The translations under genes and the position numbers were made by a program. 64,000 bases of DNA from Thalassobaculaceae bacterium (lineage in GTDB: Bacteria; Pseudomonadota; Alphaproteobacteria; Thalassobaculales; Thalassobaculaceae): NCBI GenBank assembly GCA_965228875.1, contig OZ245843.1, positions 4,012,616-4,076,615 of the forward strand. The letters run 5' to 3'. Of this stretch, positions 38,947 through 48,475 are shown one piece after another; the first letter of the stretch is position 1; the number at the start of each line of letters is the position of its first letter. Under the pieces are notes generated by a model. The model worked only from the letters and a program-made list of their open reading frames with translations. It did no database searches and was not told the origin of the DNA.

Positions 38947-39819
38947 TCACCCCCACGGTCCCGGTTGCGGTGCCGGCCGGCCGGCCATGGCCGTCAACCG
39001 GGCGATCCGCTCGGACATCGGCGGATGGGTGGAGAACAGCCCGTCGAGCGCATGCGCGTGCAGCGGGTTGACGATGAACAGATGCGCCGTCGCCGGGTTG
39101 TTCTCGGCGGCGTGATTGTCGATCCGCCGGGCGTTGTCCTCCAGCTTCTGCAGGGCCGAGGCGAGCCACAGCGGTCGGCCGCAGATCTCGGCGCCGATCC
39201 GGTCGGCGTCGTACTCGCGCACCCGGCTGATCGCCATCTGCACCAGGGTGGCGGCCAGCGGGGCGAGAATGGTCATCGCCAGCACGCCGACGATGCCAAG
39301 CGGGCTGTTGCGGTTGCCGCCGAAGAACGAGCTCCACATCGCCATGTTGGCCAGCATCGAGATGGCGCCGGCGATGGTCGCGGTGATCGTCATGATAAGC
39401 GTGTCGCGGTTCTTCACGTGGGCCAGTTCGTGGGCCATGACGCCGGCGATCTCCTCGTGGGAGAGGCGGCGCAGCAGACCGGTCGTCGCGGCGACGGCGG
39501 CGTTCTCCGGGTTGCGGCCGGTGGCGAAGGCGTTCGGCTGGTCCTGGTCGATCAGGTAGATCTTCGGCATGGGCAGGCCGGCGCGTTCGGCGAGCTGCGC
39601 GGTCATGTCGTGGAACCAGGGCAGGTCCGATCGGCCGATCTGCCGTGCGCCGTGCATCGACAGCACCATGCGGTCGGAGTTCCAGTAGGCGAACAGGTTC
39701 ATGCCGCCGGCCAGCAGCAGCGCGATCACCATGCCGCCCTGGCCGCCGAGCAGGAAGCCGACCCCCATGAACAGCGCCGTGAGGGCGGCGATCATCAGGC
39801 TGACGCGGACGGTGCTCAT
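38947..39819 (-). CDS. htpX: Zinc metalloprotease HtpX
   Basis: [26 protein letters not shown] and FSTHP motifs. Confidence 0.93.
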   Translation of the reverse strand: MSTVRVSLMIAALTALFMGVGFLLGGQGGMVIALLLAGGMNLFAYWNSDRMVLSMHGARQIGRSDLPWFHDMTAQLAERAGLPMPKIYLIDQDQPNAFATGRNPENAAVAATTGLLRRLSHEEIAGVMAHELAHVKNRDTLIMTITATIAGAISMLANMAMWSSFFGGNRNSPLGIVGVLAMTILAPLAATLVQMAISRVREYDADRIGAEICGRPLWLASALQKLEDNARRIDNHAAENNPATAHLFIVNPLHAHALDGLFSTHPPMSERIARLTAMAGRPAPQPGPWG

Positions 39820-39922
39820 GCGGTTCACTTGCCGGTTGCTGCGCGAGGCCTGGAGATGAGCAGCCGGCCGTCCGGCGTCAAGATCTGGCCCTGGCCGCCC
39901 CGCGCGCCTATATGACGTCGTC

Positions 39923-40147
39923 ATGAGCGACAAGAAGATCCCGTTCCGCGAGGTCGCCGTTCCCCAGACGAAACCGGGGAAGCCGGCGAAGACCATCCCC
40001 GCCCCCGGCGAGGAGGTGACGGTCCCGCCACAGCTCGACCCGCGGGCCGCGGCCAAGGACCTGCCCCCCGAACGCGGCGGCTATGACGGCCCCGAGCCGA
40101 CCCGCTTCGGCGACTGGGAACACAAAGGCCGCACGACGGATTTCTGA
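39923..40147 (+). CDS. DUF1674 protein (SdhAF4-like)
   Basis: [26 protein letters not shown]-terminal signature. Confidence 0.9.
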   Translation: MSDKKIPFREVAVPQTKPGKPAKTIPAPGEEVTVPPQLDPRAAAKDLPPERGGYDGPEPTRFGDWEHKGRTTDF

Positions 40148-40189
40148 GGGGAGCGGATATCTGAAGAGAGCGAGCCGACGTCCTGATCG

Positions 40190-41083
40190 TCACCCGCCCT
40201 TGCGCCAGTACACGCCGGTCCAGTCGATCCGCTCGATGGGGTCGGTGATCCCGCGCGCCGTCCGGAACTCGTCGACCGCCCGGCGGCAGGGTTCCAGGTC
40301 GCCGTAGTCGTCGACGATGACGAATCCGCCGTCGCTGACCTTGTCGTAGAGGCTCGTCAGCCCGTCCATGGTCGACTCGTAGAGGTCGCCGTCGAGCCGC
40401 AGCAGGGCCAGCCGCTCGATCGGCGCGGTCGGCAGGGTGTCGCGGAACCAGCCCTTGAGGAACACCACGCGGTCATCCAGCAGGCCGTAGGCGGCGAACA
40501 GGCGTTGGACCTCCTCCAGGGGGACCGCGAGGATCGGCATCTTCGCCGCGCTCAGGTCCAGGCCGGCATCTTCCGGTCGGCTCGGCGGTGGCAGACCTTC
40601 GAAGGAATCCGCCGCCCAGACCCTGCGGTCCGGCATATCCCAGGCGGCCAGGTAGCCGCGCATGATGATGGCGGCGCCGCCGCGCCATACGCCGGTCTCC
40701 GCCAGGTCTCCGGGGATCCCGTCGGCGCGGATGCGGTCGAGGCACCCGGTCAGATTGTCCAGGCGCTTGCGCCCGATCATGGTGTGCGAGAACTCGGTCA
40801 CGTTCCGCAGATCGACCGTGCGCTTCCCCGACGCCGCGCCTTTCGCCGCGGACTCCGACCCCAGGGTGACGCGGGCCGACAGCCGGCCCTCCTCGCGGGC
40901 CTGCTCCGCATGGGCGACCCAGTCCGGCAGCCGGCCGCGGACATCCTGCACAACGGCCGGATCGATCGGCGCCCGGGCCATGGCCGAGGCGAAGATGTAC
41001 TTCAGACGAACCTCGTGCTCGAGGTAGAGCTCGTTGAGGACGCTCTTCTTGAGCAGCTCGATGTATCGTTCTTGCGGAGTCAT
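40190..41083 (-). CDS. TylF/MycF/NovP family O-methyltransferase
   Basis: TMIG..RLDN, ETGVWRGG, DSFEGLP, GWFRDTLP, RLDGDLYES and IVDDY motifs. Confidence 0.92.
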   Translation of the reverse strand: MTPQERYIELLKKSVLNELYLEHEVRLKYIFASAMARAPIDPAVVQDVRGRLPDWVAHAEQAREEGRLSARVTLGSESAAKGAASGKRTVDLRNVTEFSHTMIGRKRLDNLTGCLDRIRADGIPGDLAETGVWRGGAAIIMRGYLAAWDMPDRRVWAADSFEGLPPPSRPEDAGLDLSAAKMPILAVPLEEVQRLFAAYGLLDDRVVFLKGWFRDTLPTAPIERLALLRLDGDLYESTMDGLTSLYDKVSDGGFVIVDDYGDLEPCRRAVDEFRTARGITDPIERIDWTGVYWRKGG

Positions 41084-41210
41084 CCTGGTCTTCTATGCTT
41101 CCCGGATACCGGCCGGGTGCGAGGATATCTGCCACCGTTCGACAGCAACGGAACCCGTGTGTATCGGACATGTCCGGCCGGAACAACAAGGCACTCAGTC
41201 GAGGAAAACG

Positions 41211-42092
41211 ATGTCTGGTCTCAAGCAAAAGCTGCGCCCGGGGAAACTGCTGACTGCGCCGGGCGTGTTCGACGGCGTGTCGGTGCGCCTCGCCGACGCC
41301 ATGGGCTTCGACGCGCTGTACATGACCGGATACGGCACGGTGGCGTCCCATCTCGGCCTTCCCGACGCGGGCCTCGCGTCCTACCGCGACATGGTCGAAC
41401 GGGTGCGCACGCTGTCCGAACTGTCCTCCGCGCCGCTGATCTGCGACGGCGATACCGGCTATGGCGGGCTGCTGAACGTCGACCACACGGTCAGGGGCTA
41501 CGAGCGCGCCGGGGCCGCGGCGATCCAGCTCGAGGACCAGGAATTCCCCAAGAAATGCGGCCACACGCCGAACCGCAAGGTGATCCCGATCGACCAGGCG
41601 GCGGCGAAGATCAAGGTCGCGGCAGAGGCGCGGGACAGCGCCGACTTCCTGATCATCGCCCGCACCGACGCCCGCACCGCCCATGGCCTGGACGAGGCGC
41701 TGCGTCGGGCGGACGCCTTTGCCGAGGCGGGCGCCGACATCCTGTTCGTCGAAGCGCCGGAATCGGTCGAGGAGATGGAGATCATCGGCAAGCGCTTCGA
41801 CCTGCCGCTGCTGGTCAACGTGGTCGACGGCGGCAAGACACCGGTGCTGACGGCCGAGGAGTACACCGATCTCGGATACCAGATCGCGATCTATCCGGCG
41901 GCCGGGTTCCTGGCTGTCGGCCACGCGCTGAATTCGGTCTACTCGACGCTCAAGCGCACCGGCGCCACCACCGAACTCGAGGTGCCGATCGCCGAGTTCA
42001 TGACCTTCTCCAAGGCCATGGGCTTCGGCGACGTCTGGCAGTTCGAGCGCGACCACGCCGATCTGGAAGCGCCCTCAGAGGCCGCCGAATAG
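41211..42092 (+). CDS. Isocitrate lyase/PEP mutase family C-C lyase
   Basis: DGDTGYG, EDQEFPKKCGH and ARTDA motifs. Confidence 0.9.
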   Translation: MSGLKQKLRPGKLLTAPGVFDGVSVRLADAMGFDALYMTGYGTVASHLGLPDAGLASYRDMVERVRTLSELSSAPLICDGDTGYGGLLNVDHTVRGYERAGAAAIQLEDQEFPKKCGHTPNRKVIPIDQAAAKIKVAAEARDSADFLIIARTDARTAHGLDEALRRADAFAEAGADILFVEAPESVEEMEIIGKRFDLPLLVNVVDGGKTPVLTAEEYTDLGYQIAIYPAAGFLAVGHALNSVYSTLKRTGATTELEVPIAEFMTFSKAMGFGDVWQFERDHADLEAPSEAAE

Positions 42093-42102
42093 GAGCCGGA
42101 CC

Positions 42103-43140
42103 ATGCGCGCCACCGTTCTGCACGGCATCGAGGATCTGCGGGTCGAGACGCGGGACGAGCGGCCGCTCGCCACCGGCGAGGTGCGCGTGCGGGTCGAGGC
42201 CGGCGGCATCTGCGGCTCCGATCTGCACTATTTCCACCATGCCCGCATGGGGGACTTCCCAGTGCGCGAGCCCTTCGTGCTCGGCCACGAGGCTTCAGGC
42301 CGCATCGCCGAGATCGGGCCGGAGGTCGAGGGGCTGGCGGTCGGTGATCCGGTGGCGATCAATCCGAGCCATCCCTGCGGCCGTTGCCGCTTCTGTCGGA
42401 CCGGGCGCGAGAACCTCTGCGCCGACATGATCTTCCTCGGCTCGTCGCGCCGGTTCCCGCATGTCCAGGGCGTGTTCGCGGAGACCTACGCGACCAGGGC
42501 GGAGCAGTGCGTGCCGGTGCCGGCGGGCACGGATCCGGGCGTGGCGGCGCTGGCCGAGCCGCTTTCGGTCTGTCTGCACGCGGCGAGCCATGCGGGGCCG
42601 CTGCTCGGCCGCCGGGTGCTGGTGACCGGAGCCGGTCCGATCGGCGCCCTGTGTCTTGCCGTGGCCCGGTTGGGCGGGGCGGTGGAGACGGTGATCACCG
42701 ACGTGATGGATGAGCCGCTGAGGGCGGCCGAGGCGCTCGGGGCGACGCGGACCGTCAACGTGGCCGCGAACCCGGGCGGTCTCGCCGATTCGGCGGAGCC
42801 GCGCGGCCGTTTCGACGTGGCGTTCGAGTGTTCCGGCAATCCGCACGCGATGCGGTCCTGCCTCGACGCCCTGGCGCCGGGCGGCACGCTGGTCCAGGTC
42901 GGAACCTATGCCGACCCCAAGGTCACGGTGCCCGCGGACTTCGTGATGGTGAAGGAACTGACCCTGAAGAGTTCGTTCCGCTTCGCCCGCGAGTTTCCCA
43001 CGGCGGTGGGCCTGCTGGCCTCCGGTCGGATCGACACCGGGCCGCTGCTGAGCCACAGCTTCCCGGTCGAGGACGCGATGCAGGCCTTCCGCACCGCCGC
43101 CGACCGCAGGCAGGCGATGAAGGTGCAGATCCGGTTCTGA
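42103..43140 (+). CDS. idnD: Zn-dependent dehydrogenase, L-idonate 5-dehydrogenase-like
   Basis: GICGSDLHY, GHE, four-Cys structural Zn site, RFPHVQG and GAGPIG motifs. Confidence 0.75.
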   Translation: MRATVLHGIEDLRVETRDERPLATGEVRVRVEAGGICGSDLHYFHHARMGDFPVREPFVLGHEASGRIAEIGPEVEGLAVGDPVAINPSHPCGRCRFCRTGRENLCADMIFLGSSRRFPHVQGVFAETYATRAEQCVPVPAGTDPGVAALAEPLSVCLHAASHAGPLLGRRVLVTGAGPIGALCLAVARLGGAVETVITDVMDEPLRAAEALGATRTVNVAANPGGLADSAEPRGRFDVAFECSGNPHAMRSCLDALAPGGTLVQVGTYADPKVTVPADFVMVKELTLKSSFRFAREFPTAVGLLASGRIDTGPLLSHSFPVEDAMQAFRTAADRRQAMKVQIRF

Positions 43141-43201
43141 TCTCCGCCTCCGTCACCGCGGTTGGCCCGCCGGCGAGGCCGGGAGGACTGACGGAGGGAG
43201 G

Positions 43202-43771
43202 TCAGGTCTTCTCGCCCGACGCGACCCCCAGCACCAGGATGCGCGATCGGCCGTAGGTGCGGTCTTCCAGGACCTCGAACCCGTCCGGCGCCTCGACCTG
43301 CTCGCGCCGGTCGGTCTCGACCACCAGCACCGTATCGTCGCCGATCCAGCCGGTGCGCAGCGCCGCCTCCGCCGCCGGGATCCAGGCGCCGGTACCGTAG
43401 GGCGGATCCATGAACACCACGCCGGCGGCGGCCGGGGCGCGCTCGTGCAGACGGGTGGCGTCGCCGGAGCGGACCTGGGCGCGGCCGCCGACCCGAAGCT
43501 TCCCGACATTCGCGCGCAAGGCGTCGAGCGCCGCCGGATGGGTGTCGACCAACACCACCCGCTCGGCCCCGCGCGACAGGGCCTCCAGCCCCATCGCCCC
43601 GGTCCCGGCGAACAGGTCGAGGACCGGGCGGTCGCGCAGCACCGGGCCGAAGCGTCCGCTCTCCAACATGCTGAAGACCGCCTCGCGTACCCGGTCGGGG
43701 GTCGGCCGCGTGTCCAGGCCTTCCGGTGCGGCGAGCCTAGCGCCGCGGTGTTTTCCGGCGATGATCCGCAC
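43202..43771 (-). CDS. rsmD: 16S rRNA (guanine966-N2)-methyltransferase
   Basis: MRIIAG, RPTPDRVRE, LDLFAGTGAMGLEALSRGA and DPPY motifs. Confidence 0.95.
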   Translation of the reverse strand: MRIIAGKHRGARLAAPEGLDTRPTPDRVREAVFSMLESGRFGPVLRDRPVLDLFAGTGAMGLEALSRGAERVVLVDTHPAALDALRANVGKLRVGGRAQVRSGDATRLHERAPAAAGVVFMDPPYGTGAWIPAAEAALRTGWIGDDTVLVVETDRREQVEAPDGFEVLEDRTYGRSRILVLGVASGEKT

Positions 43772-44765
43772 GATCCTGATCCCTGCTTCCGGCGCCGTCG
43801 GAGGTCGCTGTCGGATTCCTGCCCGTCGGTTTCTTGCCCGCCGGTTTTCTGGTCGGCGGCTTCGTGCCGGTCCGCTTCGGCTTGGCCTTGGCGCGCCCGG
43901 TCTCGTCGCCCGGATCGAGGCCGAGCTGGTTCTTCAGAACCCTGGCCTTGACCTCCTCGATGGCCCCCGGCGCGATGTCGCCGAGCTGGAACGGGCCGTA
44001 GGAGACCCGCAGCAACCGGCTCACGCTGAGGCCGAGATGCTCCATCACCCGCCGGACCTCACGGTTCTTGCCTTCCTTCAGGCCGATGGTGAGCCAGGAG
44101 TTGGTCCGCGTCGCCCGGTCGATCGTCACCTCGATGGATCCGTAGGCCACGCCGTCGATGGTGACGCCGCGCTTCAGGCCCTCGAGGGCCTTCTCGTCCA
44201 GCGGGCCGAAGACACGGACGCGGTAGCGTCGCGTCCAGCCGGTCGAGGGCAGCTCCAGGTAGCGGGCGAGCGCCCCGTCGTTGGTCAGCAGCAGCAGGCC
44301 CTCGCTGTCGAGGTCCAGGCGGCCGACCGAGATCACCCGTGGCATGCCCACCGGCAGGGCCTCGAACACGGTCTTGCGACCCTCCGGATCGCGGGCGGTG
44401 GTCACCGTGCCGCGCTCTTTGTGGTAGCGCCAGAGCCGGGGCGGTTCGATCTTCGGCAGCGCCTTGCCGTCGACGACGATCTCGCTGGCGTCGGTGACGG
44501 TGACGGCCGGGCTGTCGAGCAGCGTGCCGTCCACCGCGACCCGGCCGTCGGCGATCCAGCGTTCGGCGTCGCGGCGCGAGCACAGGCCGGCGCGCGCCAG
44601 TCGCTTGGCGATCCGTTCCGGCCCGCGCTGCTCCTCGAACAGGGCGGCAAGTTCGGCGACCGGCCGTGTGCCGGTCTTGGGTGCGGTTCGGGGCGCGCTT
44701 CGGGACGCGGTCCGTGGTGCGGAGTTGGAAGAGGGCCGGGAGCCGGCTTTGCGGGGTGCGTTCAT
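43737..44765 (-). CDS. rluB: 23S rRNA pseudouridine synthase with S4 domain
   Basis: ERIAKRLARAGLCSRR, VGRLD and EGKNREVRR motifs. Confidence 0.85.
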   Translation of the reverse strand: MNAPRKAGSRPSSNSAPRTASRSAPRTAPKTGTRPVAELAALFEEQRGPERIAKRLARAGLCSRRDAERWIADGRVAVDGTLLDSPAVTVTDASEIVVDGKALPKIEPPRLWRYHKERGTVTTARDPEGRKTVFEALPVGMPRVISVGRLDLDSEGLLLLTNDGALARYLELPSTGWTRRYRVRVFGPLDEKALEGLKRGVTIDGVAYGSIEVTIDRATRTNSWLTIGLKEGKNREVRRVMEHLGLSVSRLLRVSYGPFQLGDIAPGAIEEVKARVLKNQLGLDPGDETGRAKAKPKRTGTKPPTRKPAGKKPTGRNPTATSDGAGSRDQDRADHRRKTPRR

Positions 44766-44860
44766 CGGCCAGCGTGTAGCGCGCCGGGCGTCGGACCGCA
44801 ACGGCGCAGCGCCTGCGGCGCGCCATGGACAGCCGGCGCCCGACCCCCTATCCAGGCCGG

Positions 44861-45313
44861 ATGAGCACCCCGACGACCCCGATGGCGATCGCGTTGGAGC
44901 AGGCCCGACTGGCGGCGGCGGCCGGCGAGGTGCCGGTCGGCGCGGTGGTGGTGGACGCATCTGGCGGGGTCATCGCCGCCGCCCATAACCGGGTGGAGGC
45001 GCCGCCGGACCCGGCGGGCCACGCCGAGATTCTGGCGCTGCGCGCGGCGGCGACGGCGCTCGGCACGCCGCGGCTGGTCGGTTATGACCTCTTCGTCACC
45101 CTGGAGCCTTGCGCCATGTGCGCCCAGGCGATCGCCCACGCCCGCATCCGACGACTGGTTTTCGGTGCCTACGATCCCAAGGGCGGTGGGGTCGAGCACG
45201 GGCCGCGCATCTTCTCCCAGCCGACCTGTCATCACCGCCCGGAGGTGGTGGGCGGCGTCGAGGAAAGGGCGGCCGCCTCCCTGCTGCGGTCGTTCTTCGC
45301 CGAGCGGCGCTGA
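44861..45313 (+). CDS. tadA: tRNA adenosine deaminase
   Basis: GEVPVGAV, HAE, TLEPCAMC and DPKGG motifs. Confidence 0.88.
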   Translation: MSTPTTPMAIALEQARLAAAAGEVPVGAVVVDASGGVIAAAHNRVEAPPDPAGHAEILALRAAATALGTPRLVGYDLFVTLEPCAMCAQAIAHARIRRLVFGAYDPKGGGVEHGPRIFSQPTCHHRPEVVGGVEERAAASLLRSFFAERR

Positions 45314-46416
45314 GCGGGGTCGCGGCGGGTCCAGAACGCGCCGTCGCGCCGCGCTGCCTCGACTGCGTAGAAATGGGCGAGGTTGGCCTCGTAGGCGGCG
45401 CGGATCGTCGCCAGCCGTCCGGCGTAGACCGCGCCGGCGGCGTGGTCTCCCCGCAGCATTGCCAGCGCCGCGTCGCCGCCGGCCATGCCGGTGAACAGCG
45501 CGTTCATCAGTCCCTGGGAGGACAGCGGGTCGAGCGCCAGGGCGGCGTCGCCGACCGCGAGCCACCCCTCTCCGGCCGGGAGATCCGTCACGGCGCTGTG
45601 GGCCGGGACCACGATCGGTCCGCGAATCGTGACGGCGCGGTGGAGATCGAGGTCGCCGGCGATCAGCCGGGTGCCCCGCAGGGCCGCGAGGAAGCCGTCG
45701 GCGGTCCCCAGCCGACGCAGGACCGGCCGGTCGCTGTCGGTGTGGTGGGCGACGATCCGCCGACCGCCGGGCAGGGGGGCGGTGTACCACCAGCCGTCCT
45801 CGTCCGCCTCGATCCGGCTGAACCCGTCATTCTCCCGCTCCCCGCCTTCACACTGCAGCTCGACATAGACGCCGGTGAGCCGGTCGAGCAGGTGGCGTCG
45901 GGCGCCCATCCGCCGGGCGAGCGCCGCCCCCCGACCGGTGGCGTCGACCACGATACCGGCGCGCAGCCGCCGCCCGAGGCTGGTGACGATCCCCCAGTGA
46001 TCCCGCGCACCGAGAGGCGCGCGCCGGGTCAGCGTGCGGACGGTTTCCCCCCGGCGGATCGTCGCTCCCCGGTCGGTGGCGGCCCGGCGCAGGAAGGCGT
46101 CGAAGGCGCTCCGGTCGAGGTGCCAGCCGGCGCCGTGCGGGTCCCGCAGGAAGTCGTGGGTCGCCGGCCGGCCGCCGCCCCAGAGGCTTCGGTTGCCGAG
46201 ATAGGGGCGATGTCCGTCCATCCCCTCGAGGAGGCCGAGGTCGCGCAGCAGCGGGCGGCAGGCCGGGGGGAGCGACTCGCCGATCCGCGAAGCGTCCTCC
46301 GTTCCCCGCTCCAGCACCAGGACCCGGCCGCCTTCGGCCAGGCGCAGGGCGGCCGCCGCACCGGCGGGGCCGCCGCCGACGACCACCGCGTCCCAGGCCG
46401 TGTCCGTCCGGTTCAC
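45232..46416 (-). CDS. FAD-dependent oxidoreductase, LodB/GoxB-like maturation flavoprotein
   Basis: GGGPAG, IGESLPP, DATGR, GWWY and GDAALALDPLSSQG motifs; 4-bp overlap with the lodA-like stop. Confidence 0.85.
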   Translation of the reverse strand: MNRTDTAWDAVVVGGGPAGAAAALRLAEGGRVLVLERGTEDASRIGESLPPACRPLLRDLGLLEGMDGHRPYLGNRSLWGGGRPATHDFLRDPHGAGWHLDRSAFDAFLRRAATDRGATIRRGETVRTLTRRAPLGARDHWGIVTSLGRRLRAGIVVDATGRGAALARRMGARRHLLDRLTGVYVELQCEGGERENDGFSRIEADEDGWWYTAPLPGGRRIVAHHTDSDRPVLRRLGTADGFLAALRGTRLIAGDLDLHRAVTIRGPIVVPAHSAVTDLPAGEGWLAVGDAALALDPLSSQGLMNALFTGMAGGDAALAMLRGDHAAGAVYAGRLATIRAAYEANLAHFYAVEAARRDGAFWTRRDPAQRRSAKNDRSREAAALSSTPPTTSGR

Positions 46417-48389
46417 TTGACCCGTTTTCCGGGCGCCACCTTTCGGATGTAGCCGGCGACGATCTCCCCGGCGTCGAGGCCGGTTCGGCAGGCGACCTGT
46501 TCGCTCACGTCGGCTGCTTCCGTCGTAGGGCTCACCCGGTCGTCATGCACCGGAGTCAGGCCGACCGTCGTCGGCGTGTAGGGCGCAGCGCCTGGGCCGA
46601 GGGCGGCGACCTGGATCTCCGGCGGGATATCCGGGTCGTCCTTCGCCCCGGGCAGGGTCGCGACCACCCCCATCTGGTCGAAATGGCCGACCATGTGGTT
46701 GATCTGCGACAGGTAGCCGCCGGTGCCGAGGGTCTGGAACCAGCTGGCCCGGCGGTTGAACGCCGCCACCCGCTGCTCATGCGGCAGACTGGTGTCGATC
46801 GCGGTCCTGTAGTCCTCTTCCGAGAGCACGTGGTTGGGCACCCGCGCCGGCCAGAACGTCGGAACGTAGGGGTCGTATTTCGGTCCGTATCCGGCGTAAT
46901 AGGCCGAGCGGCAGCTCGCCGTGTCCGTCTGCCACGGCACCGCCATCCAGCGTGTCAGGCTTCCCGGCGCCTGTCCGAACAGCGGGCCGTCGACCGACAC
47001 CGCCACTTCCGGCGACAGGTTGCTGCCATAGGGCGGTACGCCCTTCTTCGGCACCTTGCCGCCGCCGCGGATGCGGTACGGGGCGGTGTACATCGACGCG
47101 TGCCGCATCGGCCAGGTCACCTCGCAGCCCGGATGGAAGGCGTCGGCCAGGCAGAACTCCATCGCCGCGCGGTCGAGAGCGGCCGGCTGCAGCGCCAGGG
47201 GCAGGGCGTCGAGCGTGTCCGCCGCGTCGATCGGATCGTCGCCCGGATCGAAGTCGCCGGCCGCCCATTGCTGCAGCAGCGCGAGCTGGGTGTCGGTCAG
47301 CGCCACGTGCTGTTCCGGCAGCTTGCTGGGCGGCACGTTCATGGCGTCGCCGTAGATCCACGGCCAGGGCATCGGCGACCATGAATCGCGCTCGAACACC
47401 CGGAAGGAGTTGGCCAGCTGCTGGCGGATCTCCTTCTGGTCGGCGCCCGTGCTGCGCAGGGTGTCGACCCAGGAGGGATCGCGAAAATCCTTCGAGGTGG
47501 CGAAGCCGAACCCGGCGGCGAAGCCGGCATTGACCCACTGCAGGTCGGTCATCCGCTCGAACACCGGCAGGATGTCGCGGCCGAAGAGCGGCCTGCGCGG
47601 CTTGGGCAGCATCCCCGCCCGGATCGCCACGTCGGTCATCAGATCGTGCAGGGTGCGCACGGATTTCTGCGCCGGACCGTAGTTCGGCGGGGCGGTGACG
47701 ACCCAGGCGGACTCCACCGGGATCTCGCGATCGCCGATCCGGACCCGGGCCGAGACCGGGCCGTCGGAGGTGTCGTCGTGCCAGCCGTCGTTGTTGGCGA
47801 AGTCCGTGGCCGGCTTGCCGTCGTAGGAGGCGGAGTGTCCGTGGCCGCCGAGGAAGAGCAGGCGTCCGGCGGCATCGGTCTGCAGTTCGCCGAGATAGAC
47901 GTCCTTCCCCATGAACCGTCCGGAGTCGAACCGGTACTTGGGGCCGCTCTGCCATCGGCCGGAGATCTCCCGGGGGCCGGGGTCGATCAGCAGCCCGGCG
48001 CGGTCCTTGACGTCGGCGTTGCGCAGCGCCGGCGCGCGCTGATCCGGGTCGACGGTCGACAGCGCCTGAGCACTGTCGAGGGCGACGTGGAACTGGTACC
48101 AGCAGGATTTCTGGTTGGCGACGTGGGCGCGCCAGCGGATTTCCGCATTGTCCTCGGTCAGTTCGGCGACGACCTCGCCGGCGGCGTTGTAGCCGTAGAT
48201 CCGGAACAGGGCGGCCTCGCGCTTCAGGGCGCCGGTCGCATCCCGGTAGAAAGCCGGATCCTCCGCCTTGGGGTTCGGCACCTGCGGTCCGACGTAGTAC
48301 TCGGTCTTCGCATTGCCCACCCGCGCGACGCCGATCCCGGGATGGATCGCCGCCCGCACCACCGTCGTGTCCTTGCCGCCTTCCGCCAT
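46413..48389 (-). CDS. LodA/GoxA family CTQ-dependent amino-acid oxidase
   Basis: IHPGIGVARVGN, YLGELQTD.AGRL, NNDGWHDDTSDGPV, AFHPGCE, MAVPWQTDTASC and FWPARVP motifs; GGGAGG RBS before ATG 48389. Confidence 0.92.
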   Translation of the reverse strand: MAEGGKDTTVVRAAIHPGIGVARVGNAKTEYYVGPQVPNPKAEDPAFYRDATGALKREAALFRIYGYNAAGEVVAELTEDNAEIRWRAHVANQKSCWYQFHVALDSAQALSTVDPDQRAPALRNADVKDRAGLLIDPGPREISGRWQSGPKYRFDSGRFMGKDVYLGELQTDAAGRLLFLGGHGHSASYDGKPATDFANNDGWHDDTSDGPVSARVRIGDREIPVESAWVVTAPPNYGPAQKSVRTLHDLMTDVAIRAGMLPKPRRPLFGRDILPVFERMTDLQWVNAGFAAGFGFATSKDFRDPSWVDTLRSTGADQKEIRQQLANSFRVFERDSWSPMPWPWIYGDAMNVPPSKLPEQHVALTDTQLALLQQWAAGDFDPGDDPIDAADTLDALPLALQPAALDRAAMEFCLADAFHPGCEVTWPMRHASMYTAPYRIRGGGKVPKKGVPPYGSNLSPEVAVSVDGPLFGQAPGSLTRWMAVPWQTDTASCRSAYYAGYGPKYDPYVPTFWPARVPNHVLSEEDYRTAIDTSLPHEQRVAAFNRRASWFQTLGTGGYLSQINHMVGHFDQMGVVATLPGAKDDPDIPPEIQVAALGPGAAPYTPTTVGLTPVHDDRVSPTTEAADVSEQVACRTGLDAGEIVAGYIRKVAPGKRVK

Positions 48390-48398
48390 GGCTTCCTC

Positions 48399-48437
48399 CC
48401 AGTGTTTCCGGCCAGTGTGTCCAGCCAGTGTTTCCGG
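48399..48437. repeat. Three 13-bp direct repeats abutting the lodA-like RBS
   Basis: CCAGTGTTTCCGG / CCAGTGTGTCCAG / CCAGTGTTTCCGG. Confidence 0.85.
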
Positions 48438-48475
48438 TCGGGCGAAGCCTAGGCAAAAAGCAATCTCTGCGCGAT

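Noticed and set aside
43147..43196. Inverted repeat CTCCGTCA...TGACGGAG between the idnD-like gene and rsmD
   Set aside because: Short stem with a long loop and no U-tract; not enough to call a terminator or mobile element
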